In this document: positions 21,967 to 31,833 of the stretch, piece by piece | How the letters are laid out: every line of letters begins with the position of its first letter | How positions within the stretch are numbered: the stretch's first letter is position 1 | DNA from: an uncultured Verrucomicrobiae bacterium | GTDB lineage: Bacteria > Verrucomicrobiota > Verrucomicrobiia > Limisphaerales > JAFGQR01 | Length of the DNA stretch: 64,000 nt | Direction: 5' to 3' | NCBI GenBank assembly: GCA_963788655.1 | Contig: CAWBHS010000055.1 | Coordinates: 34,727 to 98,726, forward strand | The notes under the pieces: generated by a model | Seen by the model: only the letters and a program-made list of their open reading frames with translations | The model's database searches: none | What the model was told of the DNA's origin: nothing | Translations under genes and position numbers: made by a program

Positions 21967-22265
21967 ATTGCCGTCCGGTGATCCAACCAGTTCGTGGCGC
22001 GGATGACATCGGCTGGGCTGGTTTGGAGAACTGAACTGGCAATAGTCATGGTGATGACTGTTATTAGCGCGAAAGTTCTCGACAAATCAGTTCCCCGCCA
22101 ATTTAAGGGTTGCATTCGCGTTGGAATGCCGCCAGTTTGGGTGGTCTGAAACATTGCCGCTTTCCGGCATGGTGAATCTTCAGTTGAATGTGCTTTCAAT
22201 GATGATTCGAAACCCGGCAGTCGGGAACAGTTAGGAAAGAGCATCAGTGGAAATAGAAAATCATC

Positions 22266-22610
22266 ATGAGCACTAAATTGTTTGTGGGCAATTTGTCCTA
22301 CAATGTCACCGAAATTCAATTGCAGGATCTCTTCGCCGCGCACGGTACCGTTACCGAAGTGAACCTCGTGCAGGATCGCATGAGCGGTCGGTCACGTGGC
22401 TTTGCGTTTGTTACCATGGAATCCAAAGAAGCCGCCGAAGCAGCCATTCAGGAACTCAACGGCCAAAGCGTGGACGGCCGCGGCATCACCGTCAATGAAG
22501 CCCGGCCGCGGGAGGAACGATCTGGCGGTGGCGGTGGTTATGGCGGCGGCGGTGGCGGCGGCGGTCGCGGGCGGGGTGGTCCTCGCCGGGGTTACGGCAA
22601 CCGTTACTAA
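22266..22610 (+). CDS. RRM RNA-binding protein with Gly-rich tail
   Basis: KLFVGNLS (RNP2), RGFAFVTM (RNP1), VNEARPRE. Confidence 0.95.
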   Translation: MSTKLFVGNLSYNVTEIQLQDLFAAHGTVTEVNLVQDRMSGRSRGFAFVTMESKEAAEAAIQELNGQSVDGRGITVNEARPREERSGGGGGYGGGGGGGGRGRGGPRRGYGNRY

Positions 22611-22627
22611 ATTAGGTTTTTGGGAAT

Positions 22628-22665
22628 GGCGGGGCCCGGTTGTGCCGGGTCCGCCTTTGTTTTTT
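22628..22665 (+). terminator. Intrinsic terminator
   Basis: GGCGGGGCCCGG / CCGGGTCCGCC hairpin followed by TTTGTTTTTT. Confidence 0.8.
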
Positions 22666-22740
22666 CGGGATCAGGTTCTGCCTGCTGAAACCCGGATTGG
22701 TGCAACCTTGAGGCAGAAAGCAGTTAGCAGAAAGTCATTA

Positions 22741-22954
22741 ATGCGCGAACACATCGAACTGGAAGGAAGAATTACGGCCGTGCTGGCCGGCACCATGTTT
22801 CGAGTCGAATTGGACAACAAACACGAAGTGCTGGCCCATATTTCCGGCAAGATGCGGAAACGCTTCATCCGCCTGACCGCGGGCGACCGCGTGAAACTCG
22901 AAATGTCACCTGTACGACCTCGACAAAGCCCGCATTGTCTATCGGTTGCGCTAG
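22741..22954 (+). CDS. infA: Translation initiation factor IF-1 (one extra base near 22911)
   Basis: [31 protein letters not shown]; removing one base gives [19 protein letters not shown]. Confidence 0.9.
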
Positions 22955-23105
22955 CGCGACTCTCAATCACTCCTGAAACGTTGGAGTTGCAACGCCGCAA
23001 ACTGCTCGGGAACTTACCTCAGTCCGTCTCCGGCGCCGGCGGCGAGGGTGAAGCGTCCAAACCCGCTGTCCGGCATCCCGTATCTGGCAGCCGGCATCCG
23101 CCCCC

Positions 23106-23999
23106 TCAGAGCAACCCCTGATACGCCAGCCACAAGGCGCGGTAGTATCTCATCACCCGCACCGGATCCTTGCTTTCCGGGATTTCTGCCAGGCAGTAAC
23201 CGGCAAAACCAACCTCGTTTAGCCGCGTGAGCAGCTTGCGGAAGGGGTAATCTTCCAGGAACAGGTCGCGCATGTGGACGGAAAAGATCTGGTCCTTCAA
23301 CAAATCGAAGTTATGGTCGAACCCCGCGCCGGCCAGATCGCTTTGATTTGAGTTCCAACAAGCACCCACATTGGGATGGTCGGCCGCGTCGAGGATGGCC
23401 TTGATGTTTGGCACGAACGACGTGTCCTTGCCGTGGACCTCGAGGCGAATTTGCACACCATAGCCTTTACCAAACTCGCCCAATTGCCGCAGGGCCCGGC
23501 CAATCTGTTCGAGAGTCTTTTCCTTGGGGACACCGTTGGGCAGGCCGTTGGGCCGGACCTTCACGCCGGACGCGCCCACGTCGTGCGCCAGGATGATGTA
23601 TTCCTTCGTCGCCGCGATGTCGCGCTTGAGCTTTTCCTGGTCCGGGGTGTGGTAGTCGAACGCGCTGCCCAGGCCCATCAGCTCGACTTTAGAATCCTGG
23701 AACCGCTGCTTGACCTCCGCGCGTTGCGCCGGAGTCAGGTTAACCTCGACTTTGTGCGCGTGCGTCGTGCGCAGTTCGACCCCCTGGAAATGGGCGGCTT
23801 CACAGTTTTTGATAATGGTCGCGATGTCCCAGTCTTTGGCGAGGTTGTACGTTACGGTTCCCAATTTCATTTTGGGCGGCCGGGTGAGAAAACTGGGCGC
23901 TGCCGCCGCCGTGGAGGTGAAGGAGGAATCTGCCAACAGGCCCAGGGCACCCGCGCCCAGTCCGGCAGCTTTGAGGAAGTTACGTCGATTCGTTTTCAT
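23106..23999 (-). CDS. Tat-exported sugar-phosphate isomerase/epimerase (xylose isomerase-like TIM barrel)
   Basis: RRNFLK Tat signal; GVELRT, RLEVHG, VHMRD, LAEI motifs. Confidence 0.85.
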   Translation of the reverse strand: MKTNRRNFLKAAGLGAGALGLLADSSFTSTAAAAPSFLTRPPKMKLGTVTYNLAKDWDIATIIKNCEAAHFQGVELRTTHAHKVEVNLTPAQRAEVKQRFQDSKVELMGLGSAFDYHTPDQEKLKRDIAATKEYIILAHDVGASGVKVRPNGLPNGVPKEKTLEQIGRALRQLGEFGKGYGVQIRLEVHGKDTSFVPNIKAILDAADHPNVGACWNSNQSDLAGAGFDHNFDLLKDQIFSVHMRDLFLEDYPFRKLLTRLNEVGFAGYCLAEIPESKDPVRVMRYYRALWLAYQGLL

Positions 24000-24057
24000 G
24001 CTTTGTTTTGTTGTTCGTTGTGTGGCGACGGCTCAATGGTATTTGCCGTCATGAAAA

Positions 24058-25077
24058 TTATGCGCTACGGCGGTGCCGCAGTCGGTCCAGCGCTACCGCC
24101 ACAATGATAATGGCGCCGGTGATGATTTCCTGCACCCAATTGGGCAAGCCCATTTGCGAGCAACCGGAACGGATAACGGACATGATCAGCGCGCCGACAA
24201 TCGAACCCAGGATCGAACCTTCGCCCCCGGACAAACTGCCGCCGCCGATGACCACCGCGGCGATGACGTCCAATTCCAGGCCAATGGCCACCGTGGGATC
24301 GCCGACCGTCAGCCGGGAAAACTGCATCACGCCGGCCAGCCCGGCAAACGCGCCCCCGAGCGTGTAAATAAAAATTTTCACCCGATCCACCGCCACGCCG
24401 CACAGGCGCGCGGTCTGCTCATTGGAGCCCAGCGCAAAGGTGTGCCGTCCCAGCCGCGTGTAACGCAGGACCACGGACATAAGCACCGCCATCCCTATCA
24501 ATATCCAGACGCCGGCGGGAAACACGTGCCAGCGGTTGCCGGGCCCCAGCGACGCCAGCACCTCGTTCAACCAGGTTTGGGGCGCATCCAGTTTTTGTTC
24601 GTGGGAGATTCCTTTGGCGGCACCGCGGGCCAGCAACATCATGCCCAGCGTGACGATAAAAGGGACCACCCGCAGGCGCGTGATCAACAGCCCGTTCGCC
24701 AGGCCGCACAAGCCGCACACCACCACTGCCGCCAGGGCGGCTTTGACCGGACACAACACAGCGCCGTACCAGTTCAAAACCCAGGCGACGACCACCGTGC
24801 TCAAGGCCACCACGGAGCCGACCGACAAATCGATGCCGCCGGAAATGATCACCACCGTCATACCCAGCGCCGCGATGCCTACGATGGCGGTTTGCCGGGC
24901 GATGGTTTCGACATTGCGCCACGTGCGAAAACTGTCCGGCCCGATCAGGATGAACAGCAGAAAGACGAACGCCAGGGCCAGCAAGGGACCAAACCGCTGG
25001 AGCACGCGGCGCCAATCCAGCTTGCCGGCGTTACTCGGGGTGAACACTTTTGCTGGATCTGCCTCCATAGTTTTCAA
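24058..25077 (-). CDS. Sugar ABC transporter permease (RbsC-like)
   Basis: GGIDLSVGS, PFIVTLG, ELDVIAAVVIGG.SL.GG.GS. Confidence 0.92.
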   Translation of the reverse strand: MKTMEADPAKVFTPSNAGKLDWRRVLQRFGPLLALAFVFLLFILIGPDSFRTWRNVETIARQTAIVGIAALGMTVVIISGGIDLSVGSVVALSTVVVAWVLNWYGAVLCPVKAALAAVVVCGLCGLANGLLITRLRVVPFIVTLGMMLLARGAAKGISHEQKLDAPQTWLNEVLASLGPGNRWHVFPAGVWILIGMAVLMSVVLRYTRLGRHTFALGSNEQTARLCGVAVDRVKIFIYTLGGAFAGLAGVMQFSRLTVGDPTVAIGLELDVIAAVVIGGGSLSGGEGSILGSIVGALIMSVIRSGCSQMGLPNWVQEIITGAIIIVAVALDRLRHRRSA

Positions 25078-26621
25078 GTTTCAACCGCGGTATCCTGTCC
25101 GGTTGCTTCGAGCATAAGCTGATGCTCATTGATGTCCTCGACGCGGTGGGCCGGGCCCAGCCGTCCACGGCACATCACCGCGATGCGGTCGCACACGCCC
25201 ATCAATTCCGGCAAATAGCTGCTCACCATCAACACCGCTTTGGCCGGGGTGCCTTCGGCCGCCGAACCGCTGGCCAGTTCATTGATCAGTTGATAGATCA
25301 ATGCCTTGGCCGCTACGTCGATGCCGCGCGTCGGTTCGTCCAACAGGAAAATGTCCACGTTGTGCTGCAACAACCGCGCCAGCGCGACCTTCTGCTGGTT
25401 GCCGCCAGAGAGGGCGGCGACTGCTTGCCGGGGCCCTCGGCAGCGGATGTTCAGCCGTTCGATCCACGTCTGGACTGCTTGTTCCTGTCGGCTCGGGAAA
25501 ATGAGACCGCCAAACCCGAAGCCCTGCAGATGGGAGAGGGTAACGTTGTCGGCAATGCTCATCGACAGCGCCAGACCTTCCGCTTTGCGGTCTTCACTGA
25601 GCAATCCCACGCCTTGGGCCCAGCGCCGCAATGGCGATCCCAACCCGGCATAAGCGCCAATGCGAATTTGGCCGTCGCGCACCGGGTCCAGTCCGAACAA
25701 ACAACGGAGCAACTCCGTTCGACCGGCGCCCATCAAACCGGCGATGCCCACGACCTCGCCACGCCGCAACTCGAGCGAGGCCGAAGCAGGCTTCTCCAAG
25801 CCGGCCAGGTTTTTGATCTCCATCACCACGTCGCCGGCCGAACGCGGTGAGCGGGGATACAAATCTTGCACCTCGCGGCCGACCATCAACGTCACGATTT
25901 GATCCACGGGCATCGCCTCCGTGGCACCTTCCCCGACCGTCCGGCCGTCGCGCAGCACAGTGATGCGATCGGAGACTTCTTTGACCTCTTCGAGAAAGTG
26001 CGAGATATAGACAATCGCCAGTCCCTGGGATTTCAACTTTTCGATGAGCGCGAACAATTGCCGAACATTCTGGCTGGTGAGGCTGCTGGTCGGTTCGTCC
26101 AATACCAAAATCCGGCAGCCGACCGCCAGGGCACGGGCGATCTCGACCAATTGTTGGGCGGCGACGGTGAGTTGGCGGACAGGTTGGTCAGGACGAATCT
26201 CCGTGTGCCCAAAATGTGCCAGGGCTTCCTGGGCGCGCCGGCGAACTTCGTGCCGGTGAATCCAGCCCCAGCGATGCGGCTCCAAGCCCAAGGTGATGTT
26301 CTCCTCGACCGTCAAATGCGGGGCCAGCGAAAGCTCCTGGTAAATCATGGCCACTCCCGAACGCCGGGCGGCCAGTGGGTTGGCCGGATGGAAGGGTTGG
26401 CCGTCGAGCCACATTTGGCCGGCGTCCGGTTGGTGCGCGCCGGAGAGAACCTTCATCAACGTGCTTTTGCCCGCTCCATTTTCCCCAACCAGCGCCAGCA
26501 CTTCGCCGGGAAACACTCGCAGGCTCACGCCGTCCAAGGCCACCGTGGCGCCAAAGCGCTTCGAGATGTCTTGCATCTCAAGCCGAGGCGTGGGGCTGGG
26601 CGCGTTCAAATCCGGACTCAT
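25074..26621 (-). CDS. Sugar ABC transporter ATP-binding protein (RbsA-like)
   Basis: GENGAGKST, LDEPTSSL, LSGGNQQK, LDEPTRGIDV. Confidence 0.93.
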   Translation of the reverse strand: MSPDLNAPSPTPRLEMQDISKRFGATVALDGVSLRVFPGEVLALVGENGAGKSTLMKVLSGAHQPDAGQMWLDGQPFHPANPLAARRSGVAMIYQELSLAPHLTVEENITLGLEPHRWGWIHRHEVRRRAQEALAHFGHTEIRPDQPVRQLTVAAQQLVEIARALAVGCRILVLDEPTSSLTSQNVRQLFALIEKLKSQGLAIVYISHFLEEVKEVSDRITVLRDGRTVGEGATEAMPVDQIVTLMVGREVQDLYPRSPRSAGDVVMEIKNLAGLEKPASASLELRRGEVVGIAGLMGAGRTELLRCLFGLDPVRDGQIRIGAYAGLGSPLRRWAQGVGLLSEDRKAEGLALSMSIADNVTLSHLQGFGFGGLIFPSRQEQAVQTWIERLNIRCRGPRQAVAALSGGNQQKVALARLLQHNVDIFLLDEPTRGIDVAAKALIYQLINELASGSAAEGTPAKAVLMVSSYLPELMGVCDRIAVMCRGRLGPAHRVEDINEHQLMLEATGQDTAVET

Positions 26622-26880
26622 GCTGTGCGGCCGATTGAACACAAATCCGGAGCCTCAGGCAACTAAACGTTGAAGGCGCGCCCAGCAACCGCTATTGATT
26701 TGCGCATGCCCAATCGTCCTTGGCACTCCGCTGTTGTGCTCCGCGGTCAATCCAGCGCGGAAATGGTTTTCAAGCGTTTTCGGTCAAGTCTGAGGCGTAA
26801 GTCGATGAATGACTCAAATCCACCCCAAGCAGTCAGCGTTGCAGAGAACCCGTGGCTCTTGGTGCTTCGAACGCCTCTTT

Positions 26881-27055
26881 TCCCCTCACCCCGGCCCTCT
26901 CCCTTGGAGAGAGGGGGAACCCTCTGCCGCGTTTGTGCGAAGGCGAAGCCGGCGAACCAAATGCCAGGTGACATCCGCAAACAGAGCAACGGATCATCTG
27001 AGCGCACCAGCGGCTTTTCCCTCTCCCCGAGGGAGAAGGTTAGGGTGAGGGGAAA
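26881..27055. repeat. REP-like doublet (CCCTCACCCCGGCCCTCTCCC family), intergenic
   Basis: Inverted arms at ~26881-26918 and ~27018-27055. Confidence 0.8.
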
Positions 27056-27151
27056 CAAGGCACTCCCTACAATTCAGCCGCATCGAGTGTGTCCCGAACT
27101 GTGCAACTCCACGAATCCTCTGACAGAATCGGAGCTGGCCCCTAAAACGGA

Positions 27152-30100
27152 ATGAAAAGAATTCTCACTACTATCCCATTCCTGGGCTGGTCGATCTTGG
27201 TAACGACTTGCATCTTCAGTGCCTGTCCGGTCTGTGGCGTTCTGGCGGTGGACGGTTTGCGCAGCGAATACCGCGTCAACCCGGTCGGCATCGATGTTCC
27301 GACGCCGCGGCTCAGTTGGGTGGTTACGTCCGCCGCGCGCGCCCAACGGCAAACGGCCTATCGCGTACTAGTGGCGAGTACCTCGCGAGCAACTGGCCCG
27401 CGACGAAGGCGACCTGTGGGACAGTGGCAAAGTGTTGACCAACGAAACCGCCCACATTGTGTATGGCGGCACGTCGCTGAAGACCGCCCAAACGGTTTTC
27501 TGGAAGGTCCGTGCATGGGACAAGGCGGGGCAGCCTTCGGCGTGGAGCAAACCCGCGACCTGGACCATGGGTTTGCTGCAACCGACCGACTGGCAAGCCC
27601 AATGGATCGCCGATCCGGCCAGCGTGACGAACCACACTATGCGAGGCCCCCTTAACGGGTACCACAGTCAAATCGCCGGTTCGTCGAATACGACCAAATG
27701 GGTGGCCATCGATTTGGGCAAACCGCAGTTGATCGATGGCGTTCGTCTCTTTCCGGCCCGGCCTTATGACTGGCAGCCGGATACGCCGGGCTTCCTGTTC
27801 CCGGCGCGATTCCGGATTGAAGTCGCCGAGCAATCCAGCCTGGCTGATGCGCGGGTGGTGGTGGATCGGACGACTGCCGAGGAACCGGGTCCGGGCACCA
27901 ATGCGCCGGTCTATCGGTTTGAGTCCACCAGTGCGCGTTACGTTCGCCTCACCGTCACCCAATTGCGGCGGCGCGACAGTGACCAACCATGCGGTGGCCC
28001 TGGCGGAAATGCAGGTGTTGGCCGGTGAACAAAACCTGGCGCAAGGCGCCCCGGTCTCCGCGTTGGATTCGATTGAAAACGGCGCCTGGGCCAAAGCCAA
28101 TCTTACCGACGGCGTGCTGGTCACTGTGCCGCCGAGTGGCGGTTCGGGAGCGTTGCCGGCAACGATGGTTCGCAAGTCGTTCATCTTGCCTGCCGCCGTG
28201 CGCAAAGCCACGGCTTACGTCACGGCATTGGGCCTATATGAACTGCGGTTGAATGGCCAGCGGGTCGGTGATCATCTGCTTGCGCCGGAGTGGACCGATT
28301 ATCGTAAGCGCATCCAATACCAGACCTACGACGTTACCCGCCTGCTGCGCGCGGGCGACAATGCGGTCGGCGCGTTGCTGGGCGAGGGGTGGTACGCCGG
28401 GCGGCTCATGGTGGTGGGACGTTTTGCCTACGGCTTTTACCCACGGTTCCTGCTGCGACTCGAAATCGAGTGCGCCGATGGCACCAGGCAGACCATTGTC
28501 ACCGACAACTCCTGGCGCGGCACCAACAATGGGCCCATCCGCTCCGCGGGCATTTACGACGGCGAAGTTTATGATGCGCGAAAAGAAATGGGCGGTTGGG
28601 ACGCGCCGGGATTTGACGATGCCCAATGGCGGCCAGTGAATACCTTCGATCTCGGTTCGTCCCGGCTCGGGTGGCAGCCCAACGAACCCATTCGTGTGAC
28701 GCAGGAATTGAAGCCGGTGAAACGTGACCGAGCCCAAGCCGGGCGTGTATGTGTTCGATCTCGGGCAGAACATGGTGGGATGGTGCCGCGTCCAGGCCCA
28801 AGGCCGGGCCGGGCAAACGGTCACGATTCGACATGCGGAGATGCTCAATGATGAGGGCACGCTCTACACCGCCAACCTACGGCAGGCCCCACAGGTGGAC
28901 CGTTATACGCCGCGCGCGGATGGGGAGTTCAGCTTCGAGCCCCATTTTACGTATCACGGTTTTCGGTTCGTCGAGTTGACCGGTCTTGCGGCGCCGCCTG
29001 GGCTCGAAGCGGTGCGGGGGCGGGTGTTTCATTCCTCAGCGCCCGAAACCGGAACGTTCGAGTGTTCCAATCCGGCCCTGAATCAACTCATGCGCAACAT
29101 CGTGTGGACCCAGCGGGCCAATCTGATGAGTTCGCCGAACGATTGTCCGCAACGGGATGAACGCTTTGGCTGGATGGGCGACATCCAGGCGTTTGCGCAG
29201 ACGGCCATCTTCAACATGGACCTCGCCGCGTTCTTCACGAAGTGGGTGCGCGACATTCGCGATGCCCAGGCGGACGACGGACGTTACCCGGATTTTGCGC
29301 CGCATCCCGGCGATCCCAATCAACGCTTTTCCGGAGTGCCGGCCTGGGGCGACGCCGGGACGATCGTTCCGTGGCGGGCGTATCAGAACTACGCCGATGT
29401 CCAGATGCTGGCAGAGCATTTTCAATCCGCCCGGCGCTGGGTGGACTGCATCCATCGCCTCAATCCCGATCTGATTTGGGCCAAGGGCCGGCACAACGAC
29501 TACAACGACTGGCTCAACGGCGATTGGATTCGGCAAACCGACTGGCCGCCCAAAGGTGGGAGTGTGCCGAACGAAGTGTTTGCCACTGCGTTTTTCGCGC
29601 ACTCGACGGAGATCGTGGCCAAAATGGCGGCAGTGCTCGAGCGCGCGGAAGAGGCTCGACGTTACGGTGAATTGTTCAACCAAATCAAAGCCGCCTTCAA
29701 TCAGCGTTTCGTGAAGCCCGATGGCCGCCTCGAAGGGGACACACAGGGCGGCTATGCGCTGGCGTTGAATTTCAATTTGTTGCCCGACGCGCTGCGTCCG
29801 CCGGCAGCGGAGCATCTGGTCGAAAACATCCGCCGCTACCACAACCATCTCTCCACCGGCATTCAAACCACGCACCGGGCGATGTTGGAATTGACGCGTC
29901 ATGGCTACCCGGAAGTCGCCTGGCAACTGCTGACCAATCGCACCTTTCCCTCGTGGCGGTACATGATCGACAACGGCGCTACGACGATTTGGGAACGCTG
30001 GGACGGTTACGTCAAAGGTCGCGGTTTCCAGGATGCGGGAATGAATTCGTTCAACCATTGGGCGCTCGGTGCGGTGGGCGAATGGATGTGGCGGTACATC

Positions 30101-30442
30101 GCCGGGATCAACCCGGTCGAAGCGCAACCGGGCTACCGCCATTTCCGCATCGCCCCGCAACCGGGCGGCGGCGTGACCTGGGCCAAGGGCGCGTACCGGT
30201 CGCTGCGTGGTCTCATCGTGAGTGACTGGAACATCGAACGCGGCGGGTTGACTTTGGCCGTGACCATACCCGCCAACACCACCGCCACGGTAGTGGTGCC
30301 CGCCCGCGACGCGGCTTCAGTGACGGAAAGTGGCGTGCCCGCCGGGCAGGCTGAAGGCGTGAAGTTCGTGCGTTTTGAAAATGGCAGTGCGGTCTTTGAG
30401 GTTGGTTCGGGTCAATACTCGTTTTCCGCGACTACGAAATAA
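27152..30442 (+). CDS. Alpha-L-rhamnosidase (GH78) with discoidin-like insert; frameshifts near 27385, 27985 and 28725
   Basis: NPVGID...PRLSW, ALGLYEL.LNG, APEWTDY, FDLGQNMVGW, FTYHGFR, DCPQRDERFGWMGD, GATTIWERWD, MNSFNHW across four overlapping ORFs. Confidence 0.9.
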
Positions 30443-30455
30443 CCAGAATCAAATG

Positions 30456-30486
30456 TAACCGCAAAGAACGCATAGAACGCAAAGAA
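30456..30486. repeat. Left inverted-repeat array of GxxExxY cassette 1
   Basis: TAACCGCAAAGAACGCATAGAACGCAAAGAA; 28/31 complementary to 30905-30921 joined to 31723-31736. Confidence 0.85.
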
Positions 30487-30496
30487 ATGGAGGATT

Positions 30497-31741
30497 ATGA
30501 GAGACATGAAAGCACTGAGTGATCAGGTACGGCAAACAGCTTACGATATTCATGTGTTTCACGGGCACGGGCATTTGGAGAAGGTGTATGAAAATGCCCT
30601 GGCACATCGTCTCCGCAAGTCGGGATTGGATGTCAAGCAGCAGCATCCCATCAACGTGTTCGACGAAGACGGTACGCTGATCGGCGAGTATCTGGCTGAC
30701 TTGCTGGTGGAGAACCAACTGATCGTCGAGTTGAAAGCGGTGAAAGCCTTGGCCAACGAACACGAGGCTCAAATTCTTGGCTACCTCAAGTCTGCACGGT
30801 TGGAGCACGGCCTGTTGATCAATTTTGGTTCCTATAAGTTTCAGATCCGCAAGTATGCCCGAAGCCAATCTCCCCGATGGTCGAGCGGCTCTCTCTGGTC
30901 GTTCTTCTCTGCGATCTTTGCTCGCAGCCCATAAGGCTGCCAGTCCAGCCGGTGGAAGTCCGGCGATGGTAAATGACGATGAACCATCCAGTGATAACCG
31001 ACATGAGATTTCGGGGTGACCCGGCTCATGCAAGCTCGGTAGTAAACGTCCTGACCGGAGCAGGGCCAGCAACCTCTCCAGGCCGTAGCATCAAGCGAAT
31101 GCTGCAGCTTCGTTACGCAACCCACGCGATCCGGAATCGTGGGACTTGTGGTGGTCGAGCCGGTGCAAAGACGGCGAAGACAGAATCCACGACGAAGGCA
31201 TCGTCGAGTGCAGTCGTGGGCGCCACCGGAGTACGGGCGACGGCATGGGAGGAACGGACTGGCAGAGTAAATTGGGGACCCGCTACGGTTGGCGGGATGG
31301 ACCCGCAATCCGACGGAATAATCCATAAGCCGTGGGATGGCCGTCAGAGGCGCAGATGTGGCCATAGTAAGCAACGATCCGGTCGGACAATACAACCGAC
31401 TGGGGAGCCAAGGGCCACTGGATCCGCGGTTCAGGTCAGAAATCATCGGTGCCGCTTGGACGAAAGTCCGATTACGGATAAAACGCCGGGGATGGAGATA
31501 CGAACAGTGACGGCCTATAAGCCGGCGTGGAGACGCTGGCGAAGGTGGCCGTGGCGTGAAGCGGGTTTGAAGCCGTACTGGGGAAAACCCACCGTACGGA
31601 ATTTTAGAGGGGGTGGAGGAAACGAAATGCATGGCCTGGTAGCCGTTTGCCACGATGCCCGAAAGGGCCGATACCTTGGAAGTTACTGGCCTAAACATGT
31701 TCGCGCCTCCGCTCTACTCGATGTTCTTTGCGGTTAAATGA
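30497..31741 (+). CDS. GxxExxY protein (PD-(D/E)XK-like), interrupted near its 3' end by a group II intron (exons 30497-30921 and 31723-31741)
   Basis: GHLEKVY, ADLLVEN.LIVELKA, AQILGYL, GLLINFG; spliced end reads ..SAIFAFFAVK-stop in frame. Confidence 0.9.
30922..31722 (+). mobile_element. ORF-less group II intron (801 nt)
   Basis: Domain V AAGCCGTACTGGGGAAAACCCACCGTACGG (~31571-31600); domain VI stem with bulged A31716 and ..CTCGAT end; domain I-like CAGTCCAGCCGGTGGAAGTCCGG; no RT ORF; excision restores the host repeat and reading frame. Confidence 0.9.
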
Positions 31742-31833
31742 ATGGAACCGCAAAGAGCGCAGAGAACGCAACTCGGCATCATCGAAAACGGTCCTTGAAT
31801 TGAAGCGCACATGTCCGACACCATTTCGCTTGC

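Noticed and set aside
22396..23121. Extended 241-aa IF-1 fusion ORF
   Set aside because: One extra base near 22911 explains it; correction gives a normal-length IF-1 ending at 22954.
27152..30442. Four separate rhamnosidase-related genes
   Set aside because: The fragments are collinear parts of one GH78 protein broken by indels.
30841..31737. ORFs 30973..31737 (+) and 30841..31698 (-) as intron-encoded proteins
   Set aside because: No RT (YADD) or endonuclease motifs; they are incidental frames across structured intron RNA.
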